64,000 nt of DNA, taken from IMG/VR virus record IMGVR_UViG_3300008259_000011, positions 32,001-96,000 of that record, one strand, 5' to 3'. Numbering within the stretch: the first letter of the stretch is position 1; each line of letters opens with the position of its first letter. Both the position numbers and the translations under genes were made by a program. This document shows positions 51,723-59,609 of this stretch, one piece after another. The DNA is from a virus. The notes under the pieces were generated by a model, which was not told where the DNA came from, searched no databases, and saw only the letters and a list, made by a program, of their open reading frames with translations.

Positions 51723-52703
51723 TTAGGATTCTTTCCAACAAAATAACAATCCATAATTAGAAAAATTAGTATTACCATCAATTTTAAACCCACATCTATC
51801 AATTTTTTTAACCATTTTATCATACATGATTTTATATTCATTAATATTCATGAAATGATATTCAATTACCATTCTATCGACATTATATTTTAAATATGAC
51901 TCTTCAATTCGGTCTATAATAGAATATTCGGATCCTTCACAATCTAATTTTAGAAAATCGATTTTAGAAATATTATTGTCGAATATATATTGCATCACAT
52001 CAATCGTTTGAACACTGGTCAACTCAAATATGTCATTATCTCTAATATAATTAGAGTCTTGTTTTTTTATAGTATTGTCAAACGTTTCAAGACATGACGA
52101 TATACCATCCGATCTAATATAAAAGTTTTCAACGTGTGTTTTATTACTCAATGCAATCGTATCAACTTTTACGTTTGTGAATTTATGACTGGCAATTGTA
52201 TTTGATAATTTATAATTCGGTTCTATACTATAAACAAATTTAGCACCATCATACAAAGATTTATATGTAAAAAATCCAATATTTGATCCAACATCGACCA
52301 CAACATCATTAGTTTTTACAAAACATTTAGGGTGATTATAAACACGATTACAAAAAATTTCATATAGTGGTATTGCAAGCAAATGAGTCGTCGTACATTT
52401 TAATCCAATATCTTTAAAATATCCACGTGAGTCGATGTTACTCAGATTGATACATCCATCAAAGTTTTCAACTTTAAATAAAAGTTCATTTTCATATTCG
52501 TCATACACTTCATATATTTTATGAACGACGTTTTGCGGAGTACGAACCCATAACAACTCATTGGGATATACATCAACTAATATATTAAAAAAAATTAACT
52601 TGGTATAACCATCCAACACTTTTACTTTAACTTTATTTGGTCTACCATCGTAAGTAAAATTTATTTTACAGCCGTTATCAGAAAAACTATGAAATGTAAT
52701 CAT
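51723..52703 (-). CDS. FkbM-family methyltransferase
   Basis: VVDVGSNIG, SIEPN, FLKLDCEGSE, IEYH. Confidence 0.88.
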   Translation of the reverse strand: MITFHSFSDNGCKINFTYDGRPNKVKVKVLDGYTKLIFFNILVDVYPNELLWVRTPQNVVHKIYEVYDEYENELLFKVENFDGCINLSNIDSRGYFKDIGLKCTTTHLLAIPLYEIFCNRVYNHPKCFVKTNDVVVDVGSNIGFFTYKSLYDGAKFVYSIEPNYKLSNTIASHKFTNVKVDTIALSNKTHVENFYIRSDGISSCLETFDNTIKKQDSNYIRDNDIFELTSVQTIDVMQYIFDNNISKIDFLKLDCEGSEYSIIDRIEESYLKYNVDRMVIEYHFMNINEYKIMYDKMVKKIDRCGFKIDGNTNFSNYGLLFCWKES

Positions 52704-52779
52704 AACAATTTATATATTATGAGTCAAACCCTTATCTTTTATTATTATTTATAAATAATTGCGTTATATACGATCAACT

Positions 52780-53514
52780 TTATGTAAATAACATCCATTG
52801 ATTATCATATACTAAAACATTATCAATCACAATAGATCCAAATAACTTATTTTCAATTTTATTACGCATTTTAATATTCAACTCAAACTGTTTTGCTGCC
52901 CGAATCACATCATGTCGTACATCGTCCCAATACCAGTCATCGCCAAACAATACCATATTAGGACGCATCAATTGTTCATAACAATCTATTATTTCATTAT
53001 AAGTTTCATTCTTATAGTGTGCACTATCCAGAAAAATTATAGATGGTAAACTAGATATACGATTATGATAACGCATTCTAGCTAACAATTTTATTCCAGT
53101 AAGAGATGTACAATTAATCGGTACAATTTTATTTCGATACTCGTAAGTATTTGCTAAAAACCGTTTGTAAATCGTAGGAATACCATTTTCAAACTGTAAA
53201 AACTTATATCCTTCACTCTTAGATTCCAAATCCCACATATTTGTGTCACCTGTAAATGGATCTATGCATACCACCGAAGAACTGTGTAATCCACATCTAT
53301 TCAATGATTCAATAATCCGTATACAACTACCACCTACCATTGATCCTATTTCTAGAACTGACTCTGGTAAATATTCAGTAAACAAACTATCTAATAAAGC
53401 AGGCGTTACATTCGTGTGTGGGTATGAGTTGTCTATATATTTTATCACATCACAGTTTGTATACGGTGTGATATTATTATAAATCGTATGATTTAATTCT
53501 TTATATATTGACAT
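52780..53514 (-). CDS. Class I SAM-dependent methyltransferase (Methyltransf_24-like)
   Basis: VLEIGS..GGS, CIDPF, FLDSAH, FGDDW. Confidence 0.85.
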   Translation of the reverse strand: MSIYKELNHTIYNNITPYTNCDVIKYIDNSYPHTNVTPALLDSLFTEYLPESVLEIGSMVGGSCIRIIESLNRCGLHSSSVVCIDPFTGDTNMWDLESKSEGYKFLQFENGIPTIYKRFLANTYEYRNKIVPINCTSLTGIKLLARMRYHNRISSLPSIIFLDSAHYKNETYNEIIDCYEQLMRPNMVLFGDDWYWDDVRHDVIRAAKQFELNIKMRNKIENKLFGSIVIDNVLVYDNQWMLFT

Positions 53515-53692
53515 ACATTTTAAATATACTCAAATCAACTTCGTTAAACTTGATGTTGATTTTGTCACAACCCCAGTTGGTTGTCATGCATCTTTTTTAG
53601 CTTGATCAACAATTTTTTGTAATAAAATTGCGTGTTCCGATAATAAACCTTTCAGTGTTTATATATAGTGTACGTCAAACTAAAAATTAAAT

Positions 53693-53811
53693 TGGATGAC
53701 CACGACTTGCGAATATACGAGGATTTCACGAAAACGTTCTTGATTATCTGTTAACAGCTACATCAATATCTATCTCGTCAACTTCAGTCTTCTCCACCTC
53801 AACTGGTGGTG
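53693..53811 (-). ncRNA. Putative structured RNA, junction motif copy A, ends in CCA
   Basis: ACCAC/GTGGT outer stem; ACGAG-ATAGA..GAAC..GTGAAATC-CTCGT core. Confidence 0.55.
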
Positions 53812-53836
53812 TTTTATAATTCTATATCACTAATGG

Positions 53837-54046
53837 TCAAATCTTTTCAACAATAATATTGTCTGTCACCGGTTTGCCAAGACATACTCTTGTGTTACAA
53901 ACCATACAAATCAAATTATTCGTCATAACAGTTATTAAAGAACCCTTGATAATACCAAGTTCCTGCAATCTTTGACTAACAACGTTAACCTCGACTATTC
54001 GTCCTTTTTCACCAGCTTTTAATTCGGTTAACTTATATCTCTTCAT
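53837..54046 (-). CDS. FeoA-domain protein
   Basis: LTELKAGEKGRI..RLQELGI..G..ITV pattern. Confidence 0.75.
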   Translation of the reverse strand: MKRYKLTELKAGEKGRIVEVNVVSQRLQELGIIKGSLITVMTNNLICMVCNTRVCLGKPVTDNIIVEKI

Positions 54047-54051
54047 TAAAA

Positions 54052-54125
54052 TGGTTGCCCGAACTGGATTTGAACCAATACAAAGAGAGTCAAAGTCTCT
54101 TGTGCTACCATTACACTATCGGGCA
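54052..54125 (-). tRNA. tRNA-Gln(TTG)
   Basis: Loop CTTTGAC, U1:A72, CCA. Confidence 0.93.
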
Positions 54126-54419
54126 ATTAAAATCTACTTACTTCTTACGTCGATGTCCTCTAACAGTACTCGACTTCACTCTAACATAAGATGTTCCACC
54201 TTTACGACGAATCTTTCGAACCGTCGATTTTCTATGATGTGTTCTTCTCCATGTTGTTGCCATATATTTCCTTACTTAGTACGACGTTTAGCGTGAACCG
54301 TCTTCGAATGTTTGACTCGGACTGTCTTAGTTCCAGTCTTCGTCTTGATCGTCCTATTATGTCCCTTTCGGGAGTGCGCCTTAACTGATTTAGTTCCCAT
54401 ATATTTTCCTTTCTTAAAT

Positions 54420-54493
54420 TGGAGCGGGTAGTGAGAATCGAACTCACGCATAGGCTTTGGAAGAGCTTCAGGCTACCATTACATCATACCCGC
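54420..54493 (-). tRNA. tRNA-Gly(TCC)
   Basis: Loop CTTCCAA, U73, CCA. Confidence 0.92.
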
Positions 54494-54498
54494 AAAAT

Positions 54499-54588
54499 TG
54501 GCGGTTGGGGAAGGATTTGAACCTTCGGGGGCTTTAAGACCCCGGAGCTTTAGCAAAGCTCTGCATTAGACCACTCTGCCACCCAACC
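54499..54588 (-). tRNA. tRNA-Ser(GCT)
   Basis: Loop TTGCTAA, long V-arm, G73. Confidence 0.93.
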
Positions 54589-54593
54589 ATAAA

Positions 54594-55127
54594 TCATGTT
54601 TTATTTTGAACATTATATCCATTATGTTCAAGAACATCTTTACACAATTTAATAAAATCGTCAAGCAATAAATCTCCTTTTGCCATATTAGCATCTTTAC
54701 ACGCTAAACCCAAATTGTCAATATCACATCCACCACCTTTAGATACTGGTATTATGTGATCACAATTGTAAGTTTTTGGCTCTAAAAGATCTATTTTTCT
54801 GCCTGTCAAATAACATACCGGATTGTTTGTTATTTTTGTTTCAAATTCTTTAATTGAAAAGTCTAAACTTTTTCGTTTTCCTTTTCCTATTCGTCTACCA
54901 TTTACAAAACTAAAGTTATCTTTTTTCCGTCTCAATATACCTTTTAAGGTTTTTCTATTTGATTTGTTTCTTGTTTTTGTTTTTTCTTTTTGACCAACAC
55001 CACAATGGTATGAAATAGTTCCTTTTGAACACTTCAACAACTTTTGTATCTCTTTGTACGATTTGCCTTGTTTTCTCAATTCTAATATTAATGGTTTCAC
55101 ATTAATATATAGTTTGGGTTCGAACAA
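54594..55127 (-). CDS. HNH endonuclease with N-terminal HTH (free-standing homing endonuclease)
   Basis: GKSYKEIQKLLKCSKGTISYH HTH; CYLTG..CDHIIPVSKGG..NL..AC..AN..K. Confidence 0.88.
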   Translation of the reverse strand: MFEPKLYINVKPLILELRKQGKSYKEIQKLLKCSKGTISYHCGVGQKEKTKTRNKSNRKTLKGILRRKKDNFSFVNGRRIGKGKRKSLDFSIKEFETKITNNPVCYLTGRKIDLLEPKTYNCDHIIPVSKGGGCDIDNLGLACKDANMAKGDLLLDDFIKLCKDVLEHNGYNVQNKT

Positions 55128-55170
55128 AAATTAATAATAATTATTCGAACTCGTTTTTATTTTCAAAGAA

Positions 55171-55258
55171 TGGCGGTGAAGGAGGGATTTGAACCCCCGG
55201 TGGTTTTACCCACTGCAGTTTTCAAGACTGCTGCAATAAACCGCTCTGCCACCTCACC
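55171..55258 (-). tRNA. tRNA-Ser(TGA)
   Basis: Loop CTTGAAA, long V-arm, G73. Confidence 0.93.
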
Positions 55259-55363
55259 GTTTAAAATTGTCTACCGTTCGAAGCCGCCTTCATAGAATTA
55301 CCTATGAGTCTAAGCGGAGTATATCTCCTCGTCCACCGTGTGGTTACGTTCAAACTAGCAAAT

Positions 55364-55447
55364 TGGTGGGCGTAGTAGGATTTGAACCTACACGGATCGC
55401 TCCATGAGTTCCTAAGACTCACGTGTCTTCCATTTCACCATACGCCC
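55364..55447 (-). tRNA. tRNA-Leu(TAG)
   Basis: Loop CTTAGGA, V-arm, A73. Confidence 0.93.
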
Positions 55448-55453
55448 GTAAAT

Positions 55454-55530
55454 TGGTCGGAGTGACAGGATTTGAACCTGCAACAACTTGCTCCCAAAGC
55501 AAGTGCTCTACCAAGTTGAGCTACACTCCG
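55454..55530 (-). tRNA. tRNA-Pro(TGG)
   Basis: Loop TTTGGGA, C1:G72. Confidence 0.94.
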
Positions 55531-55540
55531 ATAAAAATTT

Positions 55541-55657
55541 TCAATGAACACCAAGAAGATCCAAATACTTTGTCTCCGGTTGTGGTAGAATTTCATCTGC
55601 CACAGTCATAATTGCCTTATAGTAAGCATATGACGGATACTGTTCCGTAATCTTCAT
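55541..55657 (-). CDS. Possible leaderless 38-aa peptide or structured RNA
   Basis: ATG 6 nt after the -10 box of TTGACA-17-TATCTT (55664-55692); also folds with GAAGAT/ATCTTC and other stems. Confidence 0.4.
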   Translation of the reverse strand: MKITEQYPSYAYYKAIMTVADEILPQPETKYLDLLGVH

Positions 55658-55725
55658 GTTCTTAAGATACTCGAAAAGAACTTTATTGTCAACATCAATT
55701 TCCATATTTTTCTTTCTTTAAAAAT

Positions 55726-55800
55726 TGGTACACGGTGAGGGATTTGAACCCCCGACAGCCACGGTGTAAACGTGGTGCTCTGCCGCTGAGCTAACCGTGC
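55726..55800 (-). tRNA. tRNA-Val(TAC)
   Basis: Loop TTTACAC, CCA. Confidence 0.94.
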
Positions 55801-55817
55801 ATCTCAATCGTTCATAC

Positions 55818-55845
55818 ATACTAACACCGAATCTGAAAATGTCAA
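55818..55845 (-). promoter_or_regulatory. Sigma70-type promoter for tRNA-Val
   Basis: TTGACA-16-TAGTAT with TGn extension. Confidence 0.6.
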
Positions 55846-55859
55846 TGATCTTTTCAAAC

Positions 55860-55891
55860 AAAAAACCGTTGATCTTTTGGACCAACGGTTT
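55860..55891 (-). terminator. Intrinsic terminator
   Basis: AAACCGTTGGTC-CAAAA-GATCAACGGTTTTTT. Confidence 0.75.
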
Positions 55892-56024
55892 CAAATCTGA
55901 GCAATTGTTTTTTAACCGTTAGTCTAGTTTAGCTTGCGCTAGGGAGTAGCGATGGACTTGGTTGTCCACTGGCTACACTTGACTGTACGGATAAATTCAT
56001 TATGACAATACATATAGTTAAATT

Positions 56025-56957
56025 TCACAAATGTACATTATTTTTGAACCAAAAGTAAGTTTTTTCCAAACCGTCCATCAAATTTGTACGAGGTTTCCAT
56101 CCCATCGATAAGATTTTAGAACTGTCCATGATCTTACGTGGCGTACCATCAGGTTTGGCAGTATCCCATACAACTTCACCTTCATACCCCACAACTTTAC
56201 ATACAGCTTCAGTTGCCTCTTTAATGGTAATATCAGATCCATATCCCACGTTGATATGTTGATCAGCGCTGTAATTTTCCATCAAAAACACACACGCTTC
56301 CGCTAAATCATCAACATACAAAAACTCTCTCATAGGAGTTCCACTTCCCCAACAAACAACTTGAGAATCATTCTTGATTTTTGCCAAATGGAATTTACGA
56401 ATCAATGCGGGTAACACATGAGAGTTAATTGGATCGAAGTTGTCCTTGATACCATACAGATTGCATGGCATAGCACTGATAAAATCACACCCATATTGTT
56501 GACGATACGCTTGACATGTACGTATACCGGCAATCTTTGCAAGAGCATACCACTGATTGGTTGGTTCTAATTCACCGGTTAACAGATACTCTTCCTTAAT
56601 TGGTTGCTGTGCAAACTTCGGATAAATACAACTGCTACCCAAAAACAACAATTTGTTTACGTTATATACGTATGACGCATTAATGATGTTATTTTGTATC
56701 TGTAAATTATTGTATATAAAATCAGCTGGGTATGTACTGTTGGCAATAATACCGCCAACTTTTGCTGCTGCCATTATCACATACTCTGGCTTTGTAGTTT
56801 CAAAAAATTTATTTACAGATTGTTGATTGGTAAGATCCAATCCATTATGACCCACACCTATTAAATTCGTATAACCATTATTCAATAGTGTTCGCCAAAT
56901 AGCAGATCCAACCATTCCGTTATGTCCGGCTACATAAATCTTCGAACCTTTATTCAT
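56025..56957 (-). CDS. fcl: GDP-L-fucose synthase
   Basis: YVAGHNGMVGS, AAAKVGGI, LGSSCIYP, YALAK, PCNLYG, DGTPRK; start revised to MNKGSK. Confidence 0.95.
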   Translation of the reverse strand: MNKGSKIYVAGHNGMVGSAIWRTLLNNGYTNLIGVGHNGLDLTNQQSVNKFFETTKPEYVIMAAAKVGGIIANSTYPADFIYNNLQIQNNIINASYVYNVNKLLFLGSSCIYPKFAQQPIKEEYLLTGELEPTNQWYALAKIAGIRTCQAYRQQYGCDFISAMPCNLYGIKDNFDPINSHVLPALIRKFHLAKIKNDSQVVCWGSGTPMREFLYVDDLAEACVFLMENYSADQHINVGYGSDITIKEATEAVCKVVGYEGEVVWDTAKPDGTPRKIMDSSKILSMGWKPRTNLMDGLEKTYFWFKNNVHL

Positions 56958-57027
56958 AGTCTTAATGGTACATATCAAATAACATATTATTAAAATGAAA
57001 AAACCACCCAAAGGTGGTTTTCTTTTT

Positions 57028-57261
57028 TCATCCATTCAAACGTGGCTTGTCACAACAATTGCTAAGTTTTAGAATTTCATCAAGTGACTCTTTAACCCGA
57101 ATAGGTTCATGACGATTCTTGATAAAAATCAAACTGTGAACCTTGGACGGTTCAATGTTAATAACCATATCCAAGTTAATCAAATTTGGATTATACTCAC
57201 GTTGCTTAGCGTTACCGTCATGACTAGGATCAAGTACGTTGAGTTTAATAAAGTGTGCCAT
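57028..57261 (-). CDS. Small protein, FlbD-like pattern
   Basis: INLDMVINIE..IRVKESLDEI; TATTTATA at 57272-57279. Confidence 0.55.
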   Translation of the reverse strand: MAHFIKLNVLDPSHDGNAKQREYNPNLINLDMVINIEPSKVHSLIFIKNRHEPIRVKESLDEILKLSNCCDKPRLNG

Positions 57262-57338
57262 AAATTGTGTCTATAAATAGTTAACCGGCAATGACATTAC
57301 ATCATTGCCGGTTGTTTGTCAACTATTATCGTCTAGAA

Positions 57339-58034
57339 TTAGAAGGTCAACTTAAGACCACCGGAATAAACGACGGTTCCAGAGAACTCACGATTTGCCC
57401 AATTATACTTGGCAGCATTGAAATCGTTATCGAACCATCCAACTTCAGCAAATGGAGTCAAAGTACCCCAAGCAAAAGTGAACGGACGAGCAACAGTGCC
57501 CTTAAAGCTAAGGGACTTGTAGTCATTAACGTATCCATACTCAGCAGCTGGGGTGACAGTCACACCATAAAACAAATTCTGAGTACGGCTAAGTCCAACG
57601 AACACGCCTTGCTGATTAAGGTCAATATCGAATGCACCACGAACATATGGAGTAACATATGGGTTGTTCAAGGCAACCTTGGCACCAAACTCAGTAGAGT
57701 TAGGAATACCAAATCCGCCAGCTTGGTGACGAGTAACATCAGCGGTAGTACGCAATGAAAACTTCTCGGTCAAACCAAAACTCTTACCAGCACCAAGTGT
57801 CCAGTGACTCTGATCTTGATCACCAGTTGGTAGCAACACACCACCAGCATACACATCAGCATACTTTAGACTCTTGATTGCGTTGACACCAACAAACGGA
57901 GTTCCCCCAGAACGAGAAACACCATTGACCACATAGTGGTTATTATAGCCAGCTTCGACTCCAATACTAGAGTCATTAGCCTTAGCGATTAGGGCAGCAC
58001 AAAGAACTGCCAATACTGCGATCATCTTCTTCAT
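57339..58034 (-). CDS. Outer-membrane beta-barrel protein
   Basis: Signal peptide MKKMIAVLAVLCAALIAKA; amphipathic strands; C-terminal GGLKLTF; SD AAAGGA; promoter TTGACA-17-TATATT at 58145-58173. Confidence 0.8.
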   Translation of the reverse strand: MKKMIAVLAVLCAALIAKANDSSIGVEAGYNNHYVVNGVSRSGGTPFVGVNAIKSLKYADVYAGGVLLPTGDQDQSHWTLGAGKSFGLTEKFSLRTTADVTRHQAGGFGIPNSTEFGAKVALNNPYVTPYVRGAFDIDLNQQGVFVGLSRTQNLFYGVTVTPAAEYGYVNDYKSLSFKGTVARPFTFAWGTLTPFAEVGWFDNDFNAAKYNWANREFSGTVVYSGGLKLTF

Positions 58035-58283
58035 ATATGTTTATTTCCTTTCGTTACTACACTTTTTATAACTACCTTAACACTCATTAAGTTTGTTATA
58101 GATTGATGTGATTCAAAGATACACATTCAATCATGTACGTGGACAATATACCGTTAAACACCAAAAGTGTCAACGAATTTTTTCCAGTGATATATAGTTT
58201 TTACTTTTTTGAAAACTACGACGTTTTTTAGACCATATATACGCACAAAAAAAGCCAAACAACTTAATGTTTGACTTTAAATT

Positions 58284-58372
58284 TGGTACCACCGGCCGGA
58301 CTTGAACCGGCACAGGATTTTACTCCCTGCGGATTTTAAGTCCGCTGTGTCTGCCTATTTCACCACGGTGGC
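58284..58372 (-). tRNA. tRNA-Leu(TAA)
   Basis: Loop CTTAAAA, V-arm. Confidence 0.93.
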
Positions 58373-58382
58373 ACTATTAAAT

Positions 58383-58466
58383 TGGTGGGTATGGAGGGAG
58401 TCGAACCCCCACGCCTTTCGGCGGTTGATTTTGAGTCAACTACGTCTGCCATTCCGTCACATACCC
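58383..58466 (-). tRNA. tRNA-Leu(CAA)
   Basis: Loop CTCAAAA, V-arm. Confidence 0.93.
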
Positions 58467-58474
58467 GTAAATCA

Positions 58475-58561
58475 TCAAACTCATCGTGCTTCCTACCTAC
58501 ACTACGCCTCCTCATTGATTTGAGAGAGTGACGGACCTTGAACCCGTCCCTATGCGTTTGA
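58475..58561 (-). ncRNA. Permuted tRNA-like RNA (YrlA Y RNA-like)
   Basis: Outer stem TCAAACGCAT/ATGAGTTTGA, then T-arm (TTCAAGG loop), loop-closed acceptor-like stem, D-arm GTGT-AGGTAGGAA-GCAC. Confidence 0.6.
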
Positions 58562-58565
58562 AAAA

Positions 58566-58657
58566 TGGTAGCCTCATGCAGAATCGAACTGCCCAGAACG
58601 CCAATCGAGCGATTATAGAGATTATAAGTCTCCCCATGCACCTTACATCTTGAGGCC
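58566..58657 (-). tRNA. Atypical tRNA with TAT anticodon and long variable arm
   Basis: GGCCTCA/TGAGGCT-A-CCA, loop CTTATAA, about 24 nt V-region, 4-bp T-stem. Confidence 0.75.
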
Positions 58658-58663
58658 ACTAAA

Positions 58664-58781
58664 TGGTAGCGGGGCAGTCCTATTAAATTTTAAAGAACCA
58701 AATTGAAATTGGGTCGGATGTATCTATTGAACACTTTATCCATCCGACAAACAAAGTGTACCATGTACTAGCCCCGCAACC
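58664..58781 (-). ncRNA. CCA-terminated tRNA-like structured RNA
   Basis: GCGGGGC/GCCCCGC-TA-CCA terminal stem; GTCGGATG/CATCCGAC; CCAA-TTTCAAT-TTGG. Confidence 0.55.
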
Positions 58782-58863
58782 AAGAAGTTTTTTAAGAGAT
58801 CTTCAATACTCTAGGGGTTGTGGTTTAACCCTCCACCATGTTGTTTACGAGAAACAACCAAAT

Positions 58864-58939
58864 TGGTAGTCCATAGGAGAATCGAACTCCTATTAACAGG
58901 TTGAAAACCTGCTGTCCTAAACCATTAGACGAATGGACC
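58864..58939 (-). tRNA. tRNA-Glu(TTC)
   Basis: Loop TTTTCAA, CCA. Confidence 0.92.
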
Positions 58940-58947
58940 GTTAAAAT

Positions 58948-59020
58948 TGGAGCAGGTCCGAGGAATCACACCTCACCAACTCACTAGAATGTGAGCATGC
59001 TCTCATTACATCTGACCCGC
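58948..59020 (-). tRNA. Aberrant tRNA-Gly-like gene with 6-nt anticodon loop
   Basis: GCGGGTC/GACCTGC-T-CCA; CTCAC-ATTCTA-GTGAG; T-loop TGTGATT. Confidence 0.65.
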
Positions 59021-59027
59021 GTTAAAA

Positions 59028-59318
59028 TTCTGGAAGGACTCCTGACTACCTTCAATTTTCACAATACTACATGCATTCGTCCACAGTCCACATGGTCAAT
59101 TACTCCGTGTGTTGATGACTGGTGGGCCTTATTTTCCCCACAACGACCTACGATATATCAGATATTATATTAGCTACGATGTCGTTACGCTTGGATTTCG
59201 GTTGATCGACCTAGATCCGCCATAGACTTGCCACATAGTATTATTACTCATACCTTGCCTTGGTTCTTCACCTCAGCAGTGCGTTACCCCTATAAGAAGA
59301 GTTATTCCGCCACTAGAA
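59028..59318 (-). ncRNA. Putative ~290-nt structured RNA
   Basis: GC-richer block without a convincing ORF directly behind promoter TTGACA-16-TATACT (59345-59372). Confidence 0.45.
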
Positions 59319-59383
59319 ATTGTCAAAGATCTAATATACCCTAGAGTATATATAGAGTGTTGAACTTGTCAACACAAAAAATT

Positions 59384-59458
59384 TGGTGCGTCCGGCGAGA
59401 CTTGAACTCGCAACCAACAGATTAAAAGTCTGCTGCTCTACCATTGAGCTACGAACGC
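59384..59458 (-). tRNA. tRNA-Lys(TTT)
   Basis: Loop CTTTTAA. Confidence 0.94.
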
Positions 59459-59464
59459 GTTTGT

Positions 59465-59575
59465 TTAAAGATCATCATCTTCGTACCTAGAATTCATACC
59501 ACAGAACCTAGCAACCATCAAGAGAAAAATGATGTAAATTGTAAGTCCGATAAGAAGTCCAAGTGCCAGTTTCAT
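59465..59575 (-). CDS. Small single-pass membrane protein (36 aa)
   Basis: MKLALGLLIGLTIYIIFLLMVARFCGMNSRYEDDDL*; promoter TTGACA-17-TAGGAT at 59585-59613. Confidence 0.6.
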   Translation of the reverse strand: MKLALGLLIGLTIYIIFLLMVARFCGMNSRYEDDDL

Positions 59576-59609
59576 TATGGATACATCCTACACCGAGAAT
59601 GTTGTTCTG

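Noticed and set aside
58948-59020. Amber suppressor tRNA / TAG recoding
   Set aside because: CTA is not centred in a 7-nt loop, genes translate intact in code 11, and several end plausibly at TAG (40825, 43946, 50001)
59028-59318. RNase P RNA or group I intron
   Set aside because: No GAGGAAAGTCC/P4 consensus, no flanking split exon and no recognisable P7 core
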